64,000 nt of DNA from NCBI GenBank assembly GCA_030141605.1, contig JAQGDQ010000193.1, forward strand, positions 124,001-188,000. Reading direction: 5' to 3'. Made by a program: the position numbers and the translations under genes. This stretch comes from Tubiluchus corallicola. Taxonomy: Eukaryota; Animalia; Priapulida. Of this stretch, positions 39,901 to 53,486 are shown one piece after another (within the stretch, counting starts at the first letter, position 1; each line of letters starts with the position of its first letter). A model generated the notes under the pieces. It ran no database searches, was not told where the DNA came from, and worked only from the letters and a program-made list of their open reading frames with translations.

Positions 39901-42900
39901 GTTGTGGATCCCTGGCCGAGTATAGGGCGGAAGCCAGGCGGAGGAGTAATGGAAGCAAGCGGTGGAGAATAAATATGTTCGGATGAATGTGTTGATGCTG
40001 TAACAGAAAAATAAAAATAAAGCATTATAATTAAGTGTTACTTACAACTGACTTGCGATGATTCATAAACTAGGTGGAAATTTAACACACCAAAGTCTTG
40101 TACATCAACTAACCATGGTTACAACTTACTGTGGAAACAACCAAATGAAACAACAACCAATGAAACAATGAGTTCTAATTGTCAAGTTTGCTAAGTCAAA
40201 GGGACAATTGCAATGAAAAGAATTTAGTGAACAAACAATCAGTTCTACTCCTAGCTTTGTCTACACTTATTATACTGCATAAATGATAATGAAAGGTTCT
40301 GTTATTATCTATACTACTACACTAAAGCAACATTGCCAGGCAAGTACTGTTTTAAATAAGATCAATAATTTAATAAAACAGTAATATTATGGAACCTTTA
40401 TAAGAACTTGGCTAGCAATGTCTAAAATGGTTGCCTTGAGAGAAGCAAAAATTAAGATACTGCTGTGCTGCCATGTGCACAGTTTAGGAAAACTACCTTG
40501 TCTCTACAAAATGCAAAGTCTTCCACCGATATATCGAACAACTGATTCTCATCCAACTGATTCCTCAGCCCGATAGTCTGTGTGCAATTGTTATATTAAT
40601 ACATGAACGAAGCATTCCAATTTAATATTTCTGAACCTAACACTAACTCTAAGCCTAAACACCATTCAATCACAAATCGCAATGACCAGTGGACTGACTG
40701 ACAATTGAAAAACTTGAAATCAAGAGCTCCTATATCAAAATTATTAAGTAGCAAGGTTAAGCTACCATTAAGCAGACAGACAAGTACATAAGGCATATAG
40801 CAAAATGAAACCAGGAGTGCAATTTGGGCTTGGTAATGAAATTAAAGTAGAATAGTGAATACTCACTAGTGAAGCTAAAACTGTGTTTTCCTTTTTACAC
40901 TTTTAATGAACTTATCCACTTGTACCCTTTTTCACACTACATGTAGATATGTGGACTTACTTTGCCTCCGTGTCATTAAAAGCACCTGGCATGCAATGAA
41001 AGTACTTGGTCAGGGCTGTGCTGTGCTAACAGAAATGCAGCAAACAGATACAAAACTGGTACATACAATATTCTGTTTACATAGCAAAATTACTCAGATC
41101 CTGGAAGTGTACATCTTTTGCAACCACATCAGGAAGGTAGTCACAGAAACTACAATAGTCGTAGCGGTTTCTCTGCCTGTGTAACAATTTATGTTAGACG
41201 TGGATTTCAAAAGTAAACGACGGGTAAAGTATTTTTTTACTAGTGTGAGTGCGTTTTTATGGAACAGCGCTAAGATTAAGGAACGGTAAACGTACGCAAA
41301 ACAATAAAGTCAAATTTACAATGTCACGCAGAAGACTAGCGGAGTTCCCGCGCGCTTTGACGCATCGCTCTGTTTACGTCTGTTCTTGACACGCATTTCA
41401 GACAGACGAGGTTAATCTTTCACATTTCACCGTTAGAAATAGCATTGAGTTGCACACACCACATCTGGTTCAATGCAACCGGGCAGACAGCACCAAATGT
41501 AACTGAGTGAGAAAGAACGAGGAAAGACTGTCATGAAAGGCTGTTATGTCTGAATCATATAGTAGACTAGTACAGTAGATGATGAAAAAAAACGATGATT
41601 TTTCTAATTTTTTAACTTTTTTTCTACGTTCAAACGGTTTATTCATACTTCTTACGACATAAACGATAATATTTAGGACATAATACGATGACTAAAGTAA
41701 TCAGAATTAAAATTATAGTGCGTCTAATTAACAAAAAATATTTATCAGTGATACTGATACTTTATACTACACAATTACGCTTATGTAAAAAAATTGAGGG
41801 GCAATGGATTTAAAAAAAGTTAAATCTATTGGCAACTTGCGATTTATTTTGCAAAGTGGAACGTATTTGGCAGAAAATAGCAGCAGTAATAATACAGAGT
41901 TTGCTCTTAGCTTCCCTGCTGATGCAATACACAGATCGCAAAATGTCAATCAACCAGCGGCGGTCCACTTCGCGATGGCCAATTAGCTCTCTTTTGTCTT
42001 TCGCCTCCTTCACCTGAGTTGCCCAACAAAAGCGGCTCTCAAACACAGACAGAAAATGCCTTGAATATACTGCGAGAGATATGGTCAAGCGGGTATTATT
42101 ATTATTTTTTATTTCCTCCAGACATACAAGATGTCTGCAAGTAAAATTTGTCTAGCAGTAGTACAGAGACATTATAGTGGTCAAACATTATACTTGAGTA
42201 ATAGTTATAGACGTATAGATTAGGAAAAGTCAGATTTACCATTTCTGAATCTGAGTCGTCTAGATAGCGTAAGTGCGAAAAAAGGGGTTTCTTATTTAAA
42301 AAAACTGTAAAACAAAACTTTATTAAATAATGCGCAGTAAATTGAACTAATTAATTACATGATGACTGATCTAAGCTTACAGATTGTTATTTTTGAATCA
42401 AATTGTGTTTCATTCAAGGTTACGCTGACTTCGTATTTTCCACAAAGTCTTAAAAAAGGAGCTGCAAACTAAAATGTGTTTAAGGAAAGTTTGGTCAATA
42501 AAAACAGTTAAGTTTGTTTATTTATTTTGAAAATAACGTAATAGATTGAAATTTATTTAAAACCTATTGTTTAGATAACTCAAGATAATTACTCTATCAT
42601 CATTACAAGAACTTCATTTTCAATGGTCACAAACTCACAACCATAACATATAGACATAGCTTTAGAGTGACTTAGATCAAAATGAACACAAGATGAATTT
42701 ACTCATTTATTTCCCTGACTTTTTTTTGTTCAAATTAACCTGAAAGGTTTAAAAAAAATTATTGTACGTTATATTTTCCAGTTCAAACATAAGCTTCAAC
42801 AATTGCCATTTTTCATTGAAAGAATTTAAAACTCCTGTAGAAAAAAAACGTTTAAATCACATACGACAGGCGGCTCTGTGCCTCTGTGATAAATTTCTGT

Positions 42901-45900
42901 AATTATTTGAAAGAATTTACAACGTCGGGCAAATTTGTACAAACTACGAACGTCGTAAATAACTTAGCGGCGAAACACGCCAGTTATCTTTATACGCCTT
43001 CATTACGAACATTAACGCAGTTCTGAAAATTCACAGCGTTTAACTGGCATTCGTCATATATATCCAAAATACACTGGGTAAAGAATACTCTACCCGTCCT
43101 GGGCTTCTTAGATCCGGATCTAATCTAAACAGCCACAATATAAGAAAGACCATTACAGCTACTCGATTTTTCGTGACTATACCTGCCGTCCCCATGTGGT
43201 CTCAGACGATAAAACCATGATCAAGATTTATTTTGCAATGTAAACAAACATATATCCTCTTGGCTACAGCAGCGGCGACAGCACAGCCGGGGGCATGCAC
43301 TTTTCTATAAATGGGGTTAAAGATGCCCATTTTTTTGGAGCAATAGACAAGCTAAACAATTTTACACATCACAAATCAATACACGTTTTGGCTTATCGGA
43401 TAAGTCACTCTGGATCGCCAATGCCATGCATCCGGAAGCTGCAATTTGTCAGTTGTTCTGACTATAGTCGAAGCTACATTTATTCACGCTAATCATGAAG
43501 CCAGGTCAAAAGGAACTCAAAAATAGCATGAACCAATGGCAAAGTGGTCAATGGCTTCTTTGTGGGCAAATTATAATTTCTATTTCGTTCTCAAACAAAC
43601 ACAGGCAACTAATAAGTCAGTAAATGGCCTGTTTTATGGGGGGAATTCTCTATGACAAATGACCTCTTCTAAATATCAACATCTTAGGAAGCTCCTAGAA
43701 AGAGGTATCTAATTGTGAAGGGAAACTGTAAATCAGAGAAGGCAAAGCGTAATTACGAATCCGTGTGGGCAGTGCTGGATCCGCCATCATTTCACCAGTT
43801 TTGATCACACTTCTCACGACTGGATCCGCCATCATTTCACCAGTTTTGATCACACTTCTCACGACTGGATCCGCCATCATTTCACCAGTTTTGATCACAC
43901 TTCTCACGACTGGATCTGCCATCATTTCACCAGTTTTGATCACACTTCTCACGAAATCTAGCAACATTTGCTCAGCAGCTAGAGTTTGATTTCAAAAAGA
44001 GATAATTCATTGCACGTGTGCAGAGATGCTACTGCTGGTACTGATGCTGCTGCGCTCCAGTTCTCTTTTTGGCACAACTTCATCAGCGTTTTTTTAGCAA
44101 CCGAGATATCAGTGCTCCCATGAATGAGAGACTAGCACCACGATGCTGTCAAGCTTCTCTTAAAATGGAAAAAGATGTAAAGCTGTTTTTGACATTTTTA
44201 AAACATAGTTTGTTTTTTATATTTACAGCAATAGAATTATAAATAGCTTTGTTATTTTTTACAGTTTCGATCTGGAAACACTCAATGGCAAGGCCTATGT
44301 AATATAGACTGCTTGTGGCAGGACCAGAATCTGTCTTGCTATCAAGGAGATAACCATCTGACATGAGACATCAAACTGGCAGTGGCAAAGAAAACAAGTT
44401 GAAAGTGAAATCTATTTTTTAAACAATGTTATTAGTTTTCATCTGTACTAGTAAGCAATCTACAATAATGTTATTTGTGTGGATGTTGATTTACATTATG
44501 ATTTACATTTTGCAAATGAAGTTTAATTTTCATTCTTACACAAAAAACAACAGTAAATTTAAAGTCACGGCGTTATTTGTGTAAATTAGTATCTGGAGTT
44601 TTTAAGCACTGAAAAACATTTTAAAAATAAAAAACACATTGAAATAAAAGGTCCCATGCTTAAGCTCAGATCATAGAGGCTGAAAAGATTTGTATTGTTT
44701 TTTTAATTTCCTGGGTGCACAGCTCTTAGAACTTGGCTATCATTCACAAATGCTACGCTTCCAGAGATAAACCTTTTACGGCAGCACATTAGTAAAAATT
44801 TCACCACCAAGGAAACGTAAACAACAATTAAATTTTAAGTTAAAAGTGGCTTTCTTTTTTGCACATATACGAGGGTTTTAATGAACCAGAAAAACTTGCT
44901 GAACAGTTGTACTTATCACCTGCTGAATCTGTTAATACAAATTATATGAGATGCTTTCTCTTCTTCCTTACAAGAAGTGACGGGACGTTGTGCACAAACA
45001 TGGGTACGTTTCAGAAAGGTTTTGAAAAAGAATATTAAAACTTACTTAAAAATTGCAAACAAATAAAACACAGAATTAATTAAAATTGATATCTAACTTG
45101 AAAGACAGGAAATGGATCCTAACTTTTTCACATTTCCTGTTTTTCGAGTTTGGTCTCAAAATTTAATTTGTAATGCCACCGTAAACTTACAGTCATACGT
45201 CAAAAGCAAAAGCACGTATTCACCAGAAATGTCCCTGTTAAAGCTAACTTTGAGTGACCAATTTATTAATTATGTAGTTAAAGCATTTTTGACAATTTAG
45301 TTATTTTATTTTTATTTCATTACTACAAAAATTAAATTACAGATATCACATGTTTCTGTTATGTCAATACACGTTGTGCTACAACAGCCTTGTGTAAGAA
45401 AACTTATTGTGCAGCAGAGCCAGACACAACGATGGTACTAAGTATTGCTAAAAGTTCAGCTCTAAAAAGCAAAGCGTTACCTTACACTGATCTAATCCTC
45501 TGCTTTCCTAGCAAGCACAACAAATCGGCCGTTAAAAGTCACTAAATCCACAATAAATTTAACTCCAGCAGTAACAGAACCGCGTGAAGCCACCAGCGTG
45601 CATACACAATCGCTTATGTATCCAGTTACTTGGTTTACATTCCAACGGGTGGCGCTGCACGCGTCTAGCAGTAGTGAATGTGTTCCAGCACCCAGGGAGC
45701 CCGACGTCACATACCAAGCATTCTATTGTGTCGATACAGAGGCATAGTTTAAATATTTGAGGTGCTGTGCATGCTAGAAGTGATTCACTGTGAAAGACAG
45801 ACAATAAAAGGGGATTCCAAGAAACCAATCAAGAACAAGGCAAAGCAAACCAGCAAAAATGTCTAACAGATGGTTCTAGTAGTACTTATCAACTTTTTCG

Positions 45901-48366
45901 TGTGTATAAACCTTTTTTAAAAAACTAAGACTGGACACTCGAGTTAGTCGATCTATGAGGTAGCCATGTTGACAAACACGTGTACCTTAACTTTTTGTCT
46001 ATCAACATTACAGAGATACTAATTCCAGTGTATGTTAGCAATAACGTCTATGTTAGCAATAATGAAAGCTCCAATTTTGAATGCCTCTTTTTTCCAACAA
46101 TGACGTAGTTTGTCGACTGAAGAAAAGCAGCACACAGTCAATTTTCTCAAAAGTATAATAAGTTTTCAAGAAAATTAGATTCTGTGATATTTTTGCACGA
46201 ACATCAAGTAAACTGCAGAACTTTGAATGAAATTAAGCAGCACGCACTTACAGACAAGTCAAGTACTTACAAAAAGTTACAAAAGTGCAAAGTCTGCCAG
46301 TTACTTTGCAATTTTTAAGTGAATGCAACTATCACCACACAGCAATGGTGCCAATTAACTTTATGTTTTATAAACAGTTTTTTGCTGATTTTTTGTTACA
46401 TTTTTCTAAATTTAAGTAATAACAATAAAATAAATGCAACATGCTAAGTGACGTGTCCTTTTCATTAAGGTAATGTTAAGCATTGTAAGTGTATTGCTTG
46501 TAACAAATATGACTAGGTTTCAGTCAACAGTTTTAAAGATACATCTTGAATAATGTAAAAACACTTGTAACACTGTGTACCCTGTAACACTGACTTTTTA
46601 ATCTCCAAAACGTAGCAGTTCTAGACTTCTAGTGCATGTCATTGACAACGTATACACCTGTATGCTAAAGCTGTTTCACTTCCATCTTTTTTTGGCATTG
46701 TGATGCAGACAGACAGGCATATAATTGCATTGCCATTTGATATCCTAACTTTAAAGTATGTGGTATTTCTACACGTTAATGACTTTCTTACCAAACTTGG
46801 TAAATTAGTTTTATAATTGTTATTTTTTACTAATACCCTGTGGAGAAAGCACGTGGAAGTATATCTCTAAAAGTGCAGATGTTTTTTGGCTTTTGGTCAC
46901 AAATATATAACATTTCTAGCATCCTTTTAAAATTACAACTACTTAAAATATGTCAGATACCAAAGCTTTTAGAAAGTCAAATTTGGTTTTATTTCTGTTA
47001 TAAAATTTTGAGGTAATAATTTTTTTACTATGTCCTAATAAGCGTTTTTCATACGTGAAAAAAATTCATCATAGTACTCGGTGTTCTCCCAAAATGAGGT
47101 ATATAACAGTCCTAAAGAACTTTTTACTGGAGGGCCATGCTTGAAACTCTGTGTTTTAAAACTGTCTAAAATATTGTTCTGATACTGGCATATTAACTAT
47201 ACATGTATCTATTAGCACAATGAATCAATTCAAACTTGCTCCTATTCGAAACTAAACAATTCAGTGCGTTGAAAAAAGCAAAAAAGCAACAGTCTGTAAC
47301 ATATAATTTCCATTTGACTGCGTTCCACTCACCAAAATTATTGTAGCATATTAAAATTATTTCTAACAGGCTATCACTGTGTTTAAAAATATCTATGCAC
47401 ATTTTAAAGTTGAATCATTTTTTTCTCATCTCCACAGTTTAACATTATGCTAATTATACTTCAATTTTATGCAATGCTTTTCTTAAAACCTGCCTCCAAA
47501 AATATAAAAGCATGACTAACTTAGCAACACAGTGCTCCATGCAACAAGACTGCCATCTAGTAGTCACAATTATTATTAATTACTTAGCTCTAGAAACATA
47601 ACACAAACTTTATTCAAGGATTGCTCCTACACATGGTAAAACAACAGTACTAATTATAATGACGAACCTGAGCCAGAGTTATTAAACAAAGAAAAATCTT
47701 TCTTCAGCTCAGCTGGTGGTGTGACTGGTTTTCTTAACTGAGTTTTGCCTTCTGCAGACTTCCCAAAACGCCTTCCTCTTCCTACCACCATAGTGATGCT
47801 ACTTTTATCTGAAATGAAATCAGACATTGTAGTTTCTAGTAGTTTGGAATGGGTAAAAATGTTGGCTGTAACTGAAAATTCAGTTAAACCATTGACAAAG
47901 TAGCTGCTAAATTAGCCTCACATGGTAAAAGACAGAACATATATAAAAGCAAGATACTGAAAAGTCTATAGGAAATAAAGTTTTGCCCAATTAAAGCATA
48001 CTGGAGGCACCCATGCCTGTAAGTTGACATAAGGGCACTGCACTTTGTGACCTTAGCCTTTGAGACCTGCAAAATTAGGCAATTACCACTGCAGGTCTCT
48101 TAGATGGTTTTCAGTTTGGAAACAATGAATTAGTAAAAGCAATCATTTTCCCAAATTCCTACAGTAATCAGACACATAAACTGGTTGTATGTTTGTAAAA
48201 TTTACCACTGATGATGACAGTAGTAGTATGTCGAAACATTTGGCATGATTTGTAAAAATGAAAAGTTTTAATAAAGTTGTGTTGCTTTAACTATAAATAT
48301 AATAAAAAATATTAAGAAATGTAAGAAAGAATATATATATATATTTACATATGCATGTATTTTACC

Positions 48367-48407
<41 letters not shown>

Positions 48408-49430
48408 TATATGCAAAGCCATGAATTCACAAGCAATTACTTCACATGGATAAATTCAAGCAGGTGCCACAAATAATTGCATAGCTATGCTAATGTGGAA
48501 TATACAGCAAGTCCTCATGTAGAAATGCCTTGCTCTTCGCATCTACTTAATTAATGACAATTGTGTGATTTTTTTTTCAGCCTTCTTTTGTTTATTGAGA
48601 GGTTATCTTTTAAAAATGCTAACCTATTAGTTTGAAAATTAAATTATAAAAATTAAGCTAATTAACACTGCCTACTGCAAGAAGAATGGTACTTTGACCT
48701 TGATGGCACATTGACAGCTATTACGTACAGCATCTACAAACTTATAAAGTCTCGGTACAGGTGGCCAGGTGGTTAGCCCATCACTCGGCCAACTTTCTAG
48801 TACACAACCATGTAGGTCTAGCTCCTCGGTTAAAACTGAAAAGAATTAACGGATGGAAGTTGTGGAACTGTTCGAAAATGCCAACACAAGTGACATTCGA
48901 CTCCACAGCTTGTAGATCGACATGAACCGTGCCTTCCATAACTACCGGAATGTGAATATCAAAAATAATCCTTAATCATAAGCAATAAAAGTTACAAAAA
49001 GTCTGCATTATACAAACCAAGCCTATTAATTTTTTCAGTTAGATCCTTCCATTTGACCACATCCACATATATTTACATTATTTTGGGACTAAGAAGGTAC
49101 AACGTCATTTAAAAAATAACGTTATCTAACAAACCTTTTTTGTTGGACTGGATACATTACCATTCTAGAGCAACTAGGACTTACAGTCTCTAGAATAATG
49201 AGAATTAGACAGCCGAAGAATTGCAGTAGGCCCTACGGGTATTATAATAATAGTTTTAAACAGGCATTCTGCCACTTAAGACACTTTAATAACTAAGCTA
49301 CACTTAAATTGACGATATGCTTTTAATAATTATAACCATTATATTCATTATTATCATCACCTGTATCACGACTATCATCATCTTCTGACGAGCGAGTGGG
49401 ACTACTGAACCGCCGTCCTCTACCAGCCAT
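33971..49430 (-). CDS. PAIP1: Polyadenylate-binding protein-interacting protein 1, about 482 aa, 11 coding exons
   Basis: Exons 49430-49361, 47808-47668, 39997-39744, 38597-38415, 37004-36880, 36706-36604, 36416-36315, 35557-35433, 35314-35194, 34524-34394, 34064-33971; 1449 nt, phases consistent. PAM2 motif ELSVDAKEFVP; MIF4G EPNFTYSGARLCNYLS, FMGELF, VIELKASNWG; PVFYSPEG; acidic tail MDEEMQRAFEKFLLE. The two most 5' exons are less certain than the rest. Confidence 0.92.
35841..36180. mobile_element. TTAA-bounded MITE-like interspersed repeat, copy 1 (Kolobok/piggyBac-like ends)
   Basis: Starts ttaaagcgttccc and ends tttcctttaa. Shares tttgtcgactgaagaaaagcag and further collinear blocks with 46065-46470. 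Confidence 0.55.
37422..38173 (+). repeat. Minisatellite, 8 x 94 bp, in a PAIP1 intron
   Basis: Unit tacagtcaacttgag-N5-Ygctcctgtgactttaaccagataacctttggcctagattatttcgtcacagttcaactacttcttggtggata; anchors at 37431, 37525, 37619, 37713, 37807, 37901, 37995, 38089. Confidence 0.97.
39541..39590 (+). repeat. Degenerate telomere-like (TTAGGR) hexamer tract
   Basis: attaggattagaattaggattagtgttatggttagggttggggttagggt. An opposite-orientation tract (cctaacactaactctaagcctaaac) lies at about 40636-40660. Confidence 0.6.
43775..43954 (+). repeat. Minisatellite, 4 x 45 bp
   Basis: Unit tggatccgccatcatttcaccagttttgatcacacttctcacgac at 43776, 43821, 43866, 43911; nearly identical, with one internal C>T in copy 4. 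Confidence 0.97.
46065..46470. mobile_element. MITE-like interspersed repeat, copy 2 (related to 35841-36180)
   Basis: Shares caatgac...tttgtcgactgaagaaaagcag...tcaattt and the terminal block taaaataaat...cctttt with the copy at 35.8-36.2 kb. Confidence 0.55.
48205..48243 (+). ncRNA. Minimal type I hammerhead-ribozyme motif (Penelope-like terminal remnant), probably inactivated
   Basis: cca-CTGATGA-t-GACA-gtagtagta-TGTC-GAA-ACAT-T-tgg: stem I cca/tgg, stem II GACA/TGTC, intact core. Stem III palindrome reads ACAT instead of ACGT. Followed by AATAAA near 48270 and (TA)n. Confidence 0.6.
48332..48403. repeat. (TA)n microsatellite, interrupted
   Basis: Long tatata runs at 48332-48344 and 48369-48403. 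Confidence 0.9.
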
Positions 49431-52400
49431 TGTCAACGCGTCACTTGCTTTCTTATTAAGCAAAATGAGCACCCAATAATTCAAATCCACACCTGCAATG
49501 TAGAAGTACACTCCTCGTTAAATCTATCCTGATAGTCCAGGTGTTTTGGTGTTACTTACCAGAGTCAAATGGCTCTGGTCTACCCTGTTTCCAAGATGTT
49601 AATTTGCATTTTAGTCCTAACTCAAAAGAAGTTGTTACATTTTCAAATTTCAGAATAGGATTGATAAGAAAACAGTACCAGTCACTTAGCTAAGTGGGGT
49701 GGGCAGTGGGGCAGCCGGCACTTTGATTGAGCATACTGAAAAAGTTGATTCTGTCAGAACAGTAGAAGAGCACAATGCCTGATGAACTGCATTGTTATAA
49801 TTAATAAGGAGATGATAACTATAGCAATTTAATAAGTTTGTAATGTGGCAAAAGGGGGTATACTGGGGAGTGGGAGTGGCAAAAGTCGTTTACTATCCCA
49901 CGCTCTAGCTACGCCAGTATGCAGCGTGTAAGTATTCAAGTATGTAATTGTACAGCTGTCCTAACGATTCCAATTAAGCTAACTTTCACCAGTTAAACTT
50001 ACCAAATAGAGACAAATTAAACCATTTGCCTTCTCAACAGCTCTACTGCTTACCTGTGAAACTCACCAAGGATTGAATGAAAAAGCCTAAAACTTGTTCA
50101 ACTTGGGAGAAACCGCTTATAGCCCCTAACAAAAAGTTTGCATTGTTGTATTAGTATACAGACTCTGAAAATCTAAAATCAAAATTGCACTTACAATAAG
50201 ATTTGACAACTACGCAAGTACGTTTTTATTTTGACTAAACTATTAATATGATGCAAAGAAGTTGACCACTACTTAAACCAACGTTGTAAAAAGCTCATTT
50301 ATCACGACTAATCCAGACTTCGCGTAATAGACAAGCAACCAACACATAAATACACGCCATTGAACTCAGACCGTAGTAGCAAAAAAACTAAAGTTGAAGA
50401 TGAACTAACTCTATGGTCTGAACCAACGAAACGAATAATATTGAGTAATGATTCTTTAGCAGTGTGTCAGACTGTCAATATTTGGATCGGAACTCTGAAT
50501 ATACTAAAACATTCAGGCAGTTACTCGAATGACATTAACGAGAACATATCTATTATATTTAATACAGCCTTGCCGAGAGGGATACTATAACGTAATCAAT
50601 TCACGTTTGCATAAGTGTTTGTAAACTATCAAGTTTATTTAAAATATTGTGAATTCTATGTAGCCACTCTAATCGTTAATGGATCCATTTTAAGGATGGA
50701 GCAAAGTTGTCAGTCCTGTCATTATCATCATTCCTGCTGAATGTGGACAGAGCAAGAAATTGCTTGATGTGTTGCACTATTATGTCGATGTAACGTTCCG
50801 CAGGAATGGATCCAAACTAGCTATGATAGATTAAGTTTTTCTATCTCCTGCTTCCTGACCTATTAAATTTATTAACACATTGTTTAGTATTCAACACAAC
50901 GTTTTGGGCCTAAGATTTACAAATATTATTAATGTATTGAGTTATCAGTATTGTATCAAATTATCAAAATGTCAAAATTTATAAAAATTGCAAAGGATGG
51001 TATGCAACATGCAGATGATAAAAACTATTGATAGCCTAAATGAAGTATACATATATAACTACATGTAAAATGAACAATAAAATGCATACAAGAGTTAATG
51101 CGAAATGACAGAACTTGAAAAGATTTTGCCATTTCGGTCTTATTAATTAAAACAAAACGGTCTCATTAATCTCGTATTAAGTGAATAGAATTCTCTATGT
51201 TCTATTCCTAAAAAAATAATAACACCAGAAAATAAACCCTTCCTTCTCTCTGTCATCCTGTCACTCGCATTCTCACATCCTTTCCCCTCCTTTTTCTTTC
51301 ACTTTGCCGCCCTGCACTTTTTTCAATTTCAATAAATTTATTTCGCCATAAACGTATACATATCATATGCATTACAAGTGCATCGATAATCAGTTTTTGT
51401 TAATACAAAATTAGGATATAATTCATGAATTCTGCACTAGAGACCTAAGAAGCTAGCTTATGCTAGGCCACTAGAATTAGTTACGAAATGATGTTATAGC
51501 AGTAATAAAACTGTGAGTTTGTATTAGCAGCAGCTCAGCAAAGTTTGTAAGCTTAACCCCTTCAGAACCGCAGCATTCAAAATAGGTCTTATAAGATGGA
51601 TCACTTTTCTGCTACTGTGTGAGAAACAGACATAACTAAATGATGACGAATTAGATACGTACTGTTCTATTCAGGAGAATCTCGGTTACCCAATCATGCT
51701 ATTTGTTTAAATAAAAGTGATTTAATTAAATAAAACTAAGAAAAACATGCCCTTTTCAGGCACTCGTTCTCAGCCTATTGAATAGCTTAGTCTGGTGTAC
51801 ACTTGTGTGTTAGTACACACTATTTTACTGTTTACTACAGCCCAAGAAAGCTGTCTGCTGCACTGAGTTTCAGGAAAAACTAACCGACTAGCTGAGGAGA
51901 AATAAAGGTTGCTTCATGTTTTAACAGGAATTTCTACTTAAAAATAGAGAAGCCTTGAGGCCAAAGTGCTTCAGAGTGTTGTGTCTGGACAGTTGACGTT
52001 TTCTGCATTTACTGCTTTCACACAAGTGACACTGTACATTGTTAAAGCGCAACACACCGTTCCTGAAAGTTTTTTCAAATTTTTTGTCGAATATCAATTT
52101 TTAATTTGTCTAAGGTAAGCAAATGCATTTCATGTATAATTTTGCATGAAATGTGTGAGAGGAGTAGAAACTACGAAAATAATCAAATATAATGCGAATT
52201 AATGCTCATTACTTTCCCCTTAAGAAATAAACTTTGCAAAATACACAGACATCTGTTTAATGTTGTAACACAGAAATAATTACAGGAATTAAATATTAAT
52301 GTTGTCAAATGGTAAGCGGCTTTATTTTTTCCAGGCACTATTATTAACCTTATCTTCTGTCAGGAATAGCTCCTATGTTGTCGGCGGGTTTGAGGTCCGA

Positions 52401-53486
52401 TTAATTTCCAGTTCACATTCTGTTGCAGTCAAGACGCTCATTCAATATTGCAGGCTGCACAAGGTGCTTCCACGCCATATTGAGGACATGAAAGATTCTT
52501 CATTAATTCAGCCACAGTTTGACATAACAAATTGTTCCTGTATAATTATTATCGTTGCTTTACCCCCCTCCCACCCACCCAGCTAACAAAAGGTGATCGT
52601 TATCAACTTTTACACCAAAATTCGCTAGTGTTATTGGAAATAATGTATACACATATGTATATGGCTCCACTACAGAAAAAGTTCTTCTGTCTATACTGAG
52701 AAACTACATACAACTTTTTGGACTCCGTTGACTCTCTTCTCATAGTAGACTGATCAAGATGTTCATGATCTTATGTGGTTGCGCTGACATCAATCATGAA
52801 ACAAGTCATATACTTACACCAGAAGTCATTTTCTCAAATTTTTTGAGTGCAGAGTCAACACTAAGTGATACAAGCACAGCTCTTCAAATGCCGAAATAGA
52901 TCTATGGAAGAAATTATAAGACGACAAACGATCAACGGCTTTAAAAATGCACGAGACAAATTTTTATGCACAAGCATTCTCCTATATTAATACCTTTGAG
53001 GTATGATTGGAAGCAAATCACGTTTTTGTAAATATCTATCAACAAAGGGCACAACGAATTGTTTACTATTTATGAGCACATAATTGTTTTGTTATACGAC
53101 AAATCTCGCAATGTGCTCACAATTATGGTAAGCACTTGCTGGATGCTGACAGCAAAAATATAAAAAGCGTTCTAGCAAATTATTGTAATGCTAATGAAAA
53201 GTGACAAACACACAACATTGCAATTCAAGTAATTAGATATTAAAGTACTAATCGGCGGAATCGCTCGCCACTCGCCAGTCACCATTCCCAGGAATTGGCG
53301 TCACCGAACTGCACTGGTCGTGAGAAAAAGGTTAACAGTAATACAAACCTAAGCGAAAAATCTTTACTAAACTTCGCCGCAGCTTTTGTGGTTTTGCAAG
53401 GTGCTGCACGTGCAAAGTAAATGCGACTAAAAGTAAAAGCGTGTATTTAATGTCGGTGTAGTGTTTAAAACAGAAAATTAATGATA

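Noticed and set aside
44149-44364. ORF starting MSDGY as a PAIP1 N-terminus (human PAIP1 starts MSDGF)
   Set aside because: Similarity is limited to four residues, there is no strong donor, and the frame runs into AT-rich sequence and stops.
50400-53480. RAD1 head-to-head with BRIX1, as in vertebrates
   Set aside because: I found no RAD1-like peptide or coherent exon chain on the minus strand. ORF 52299..52586 is unrecognisable.
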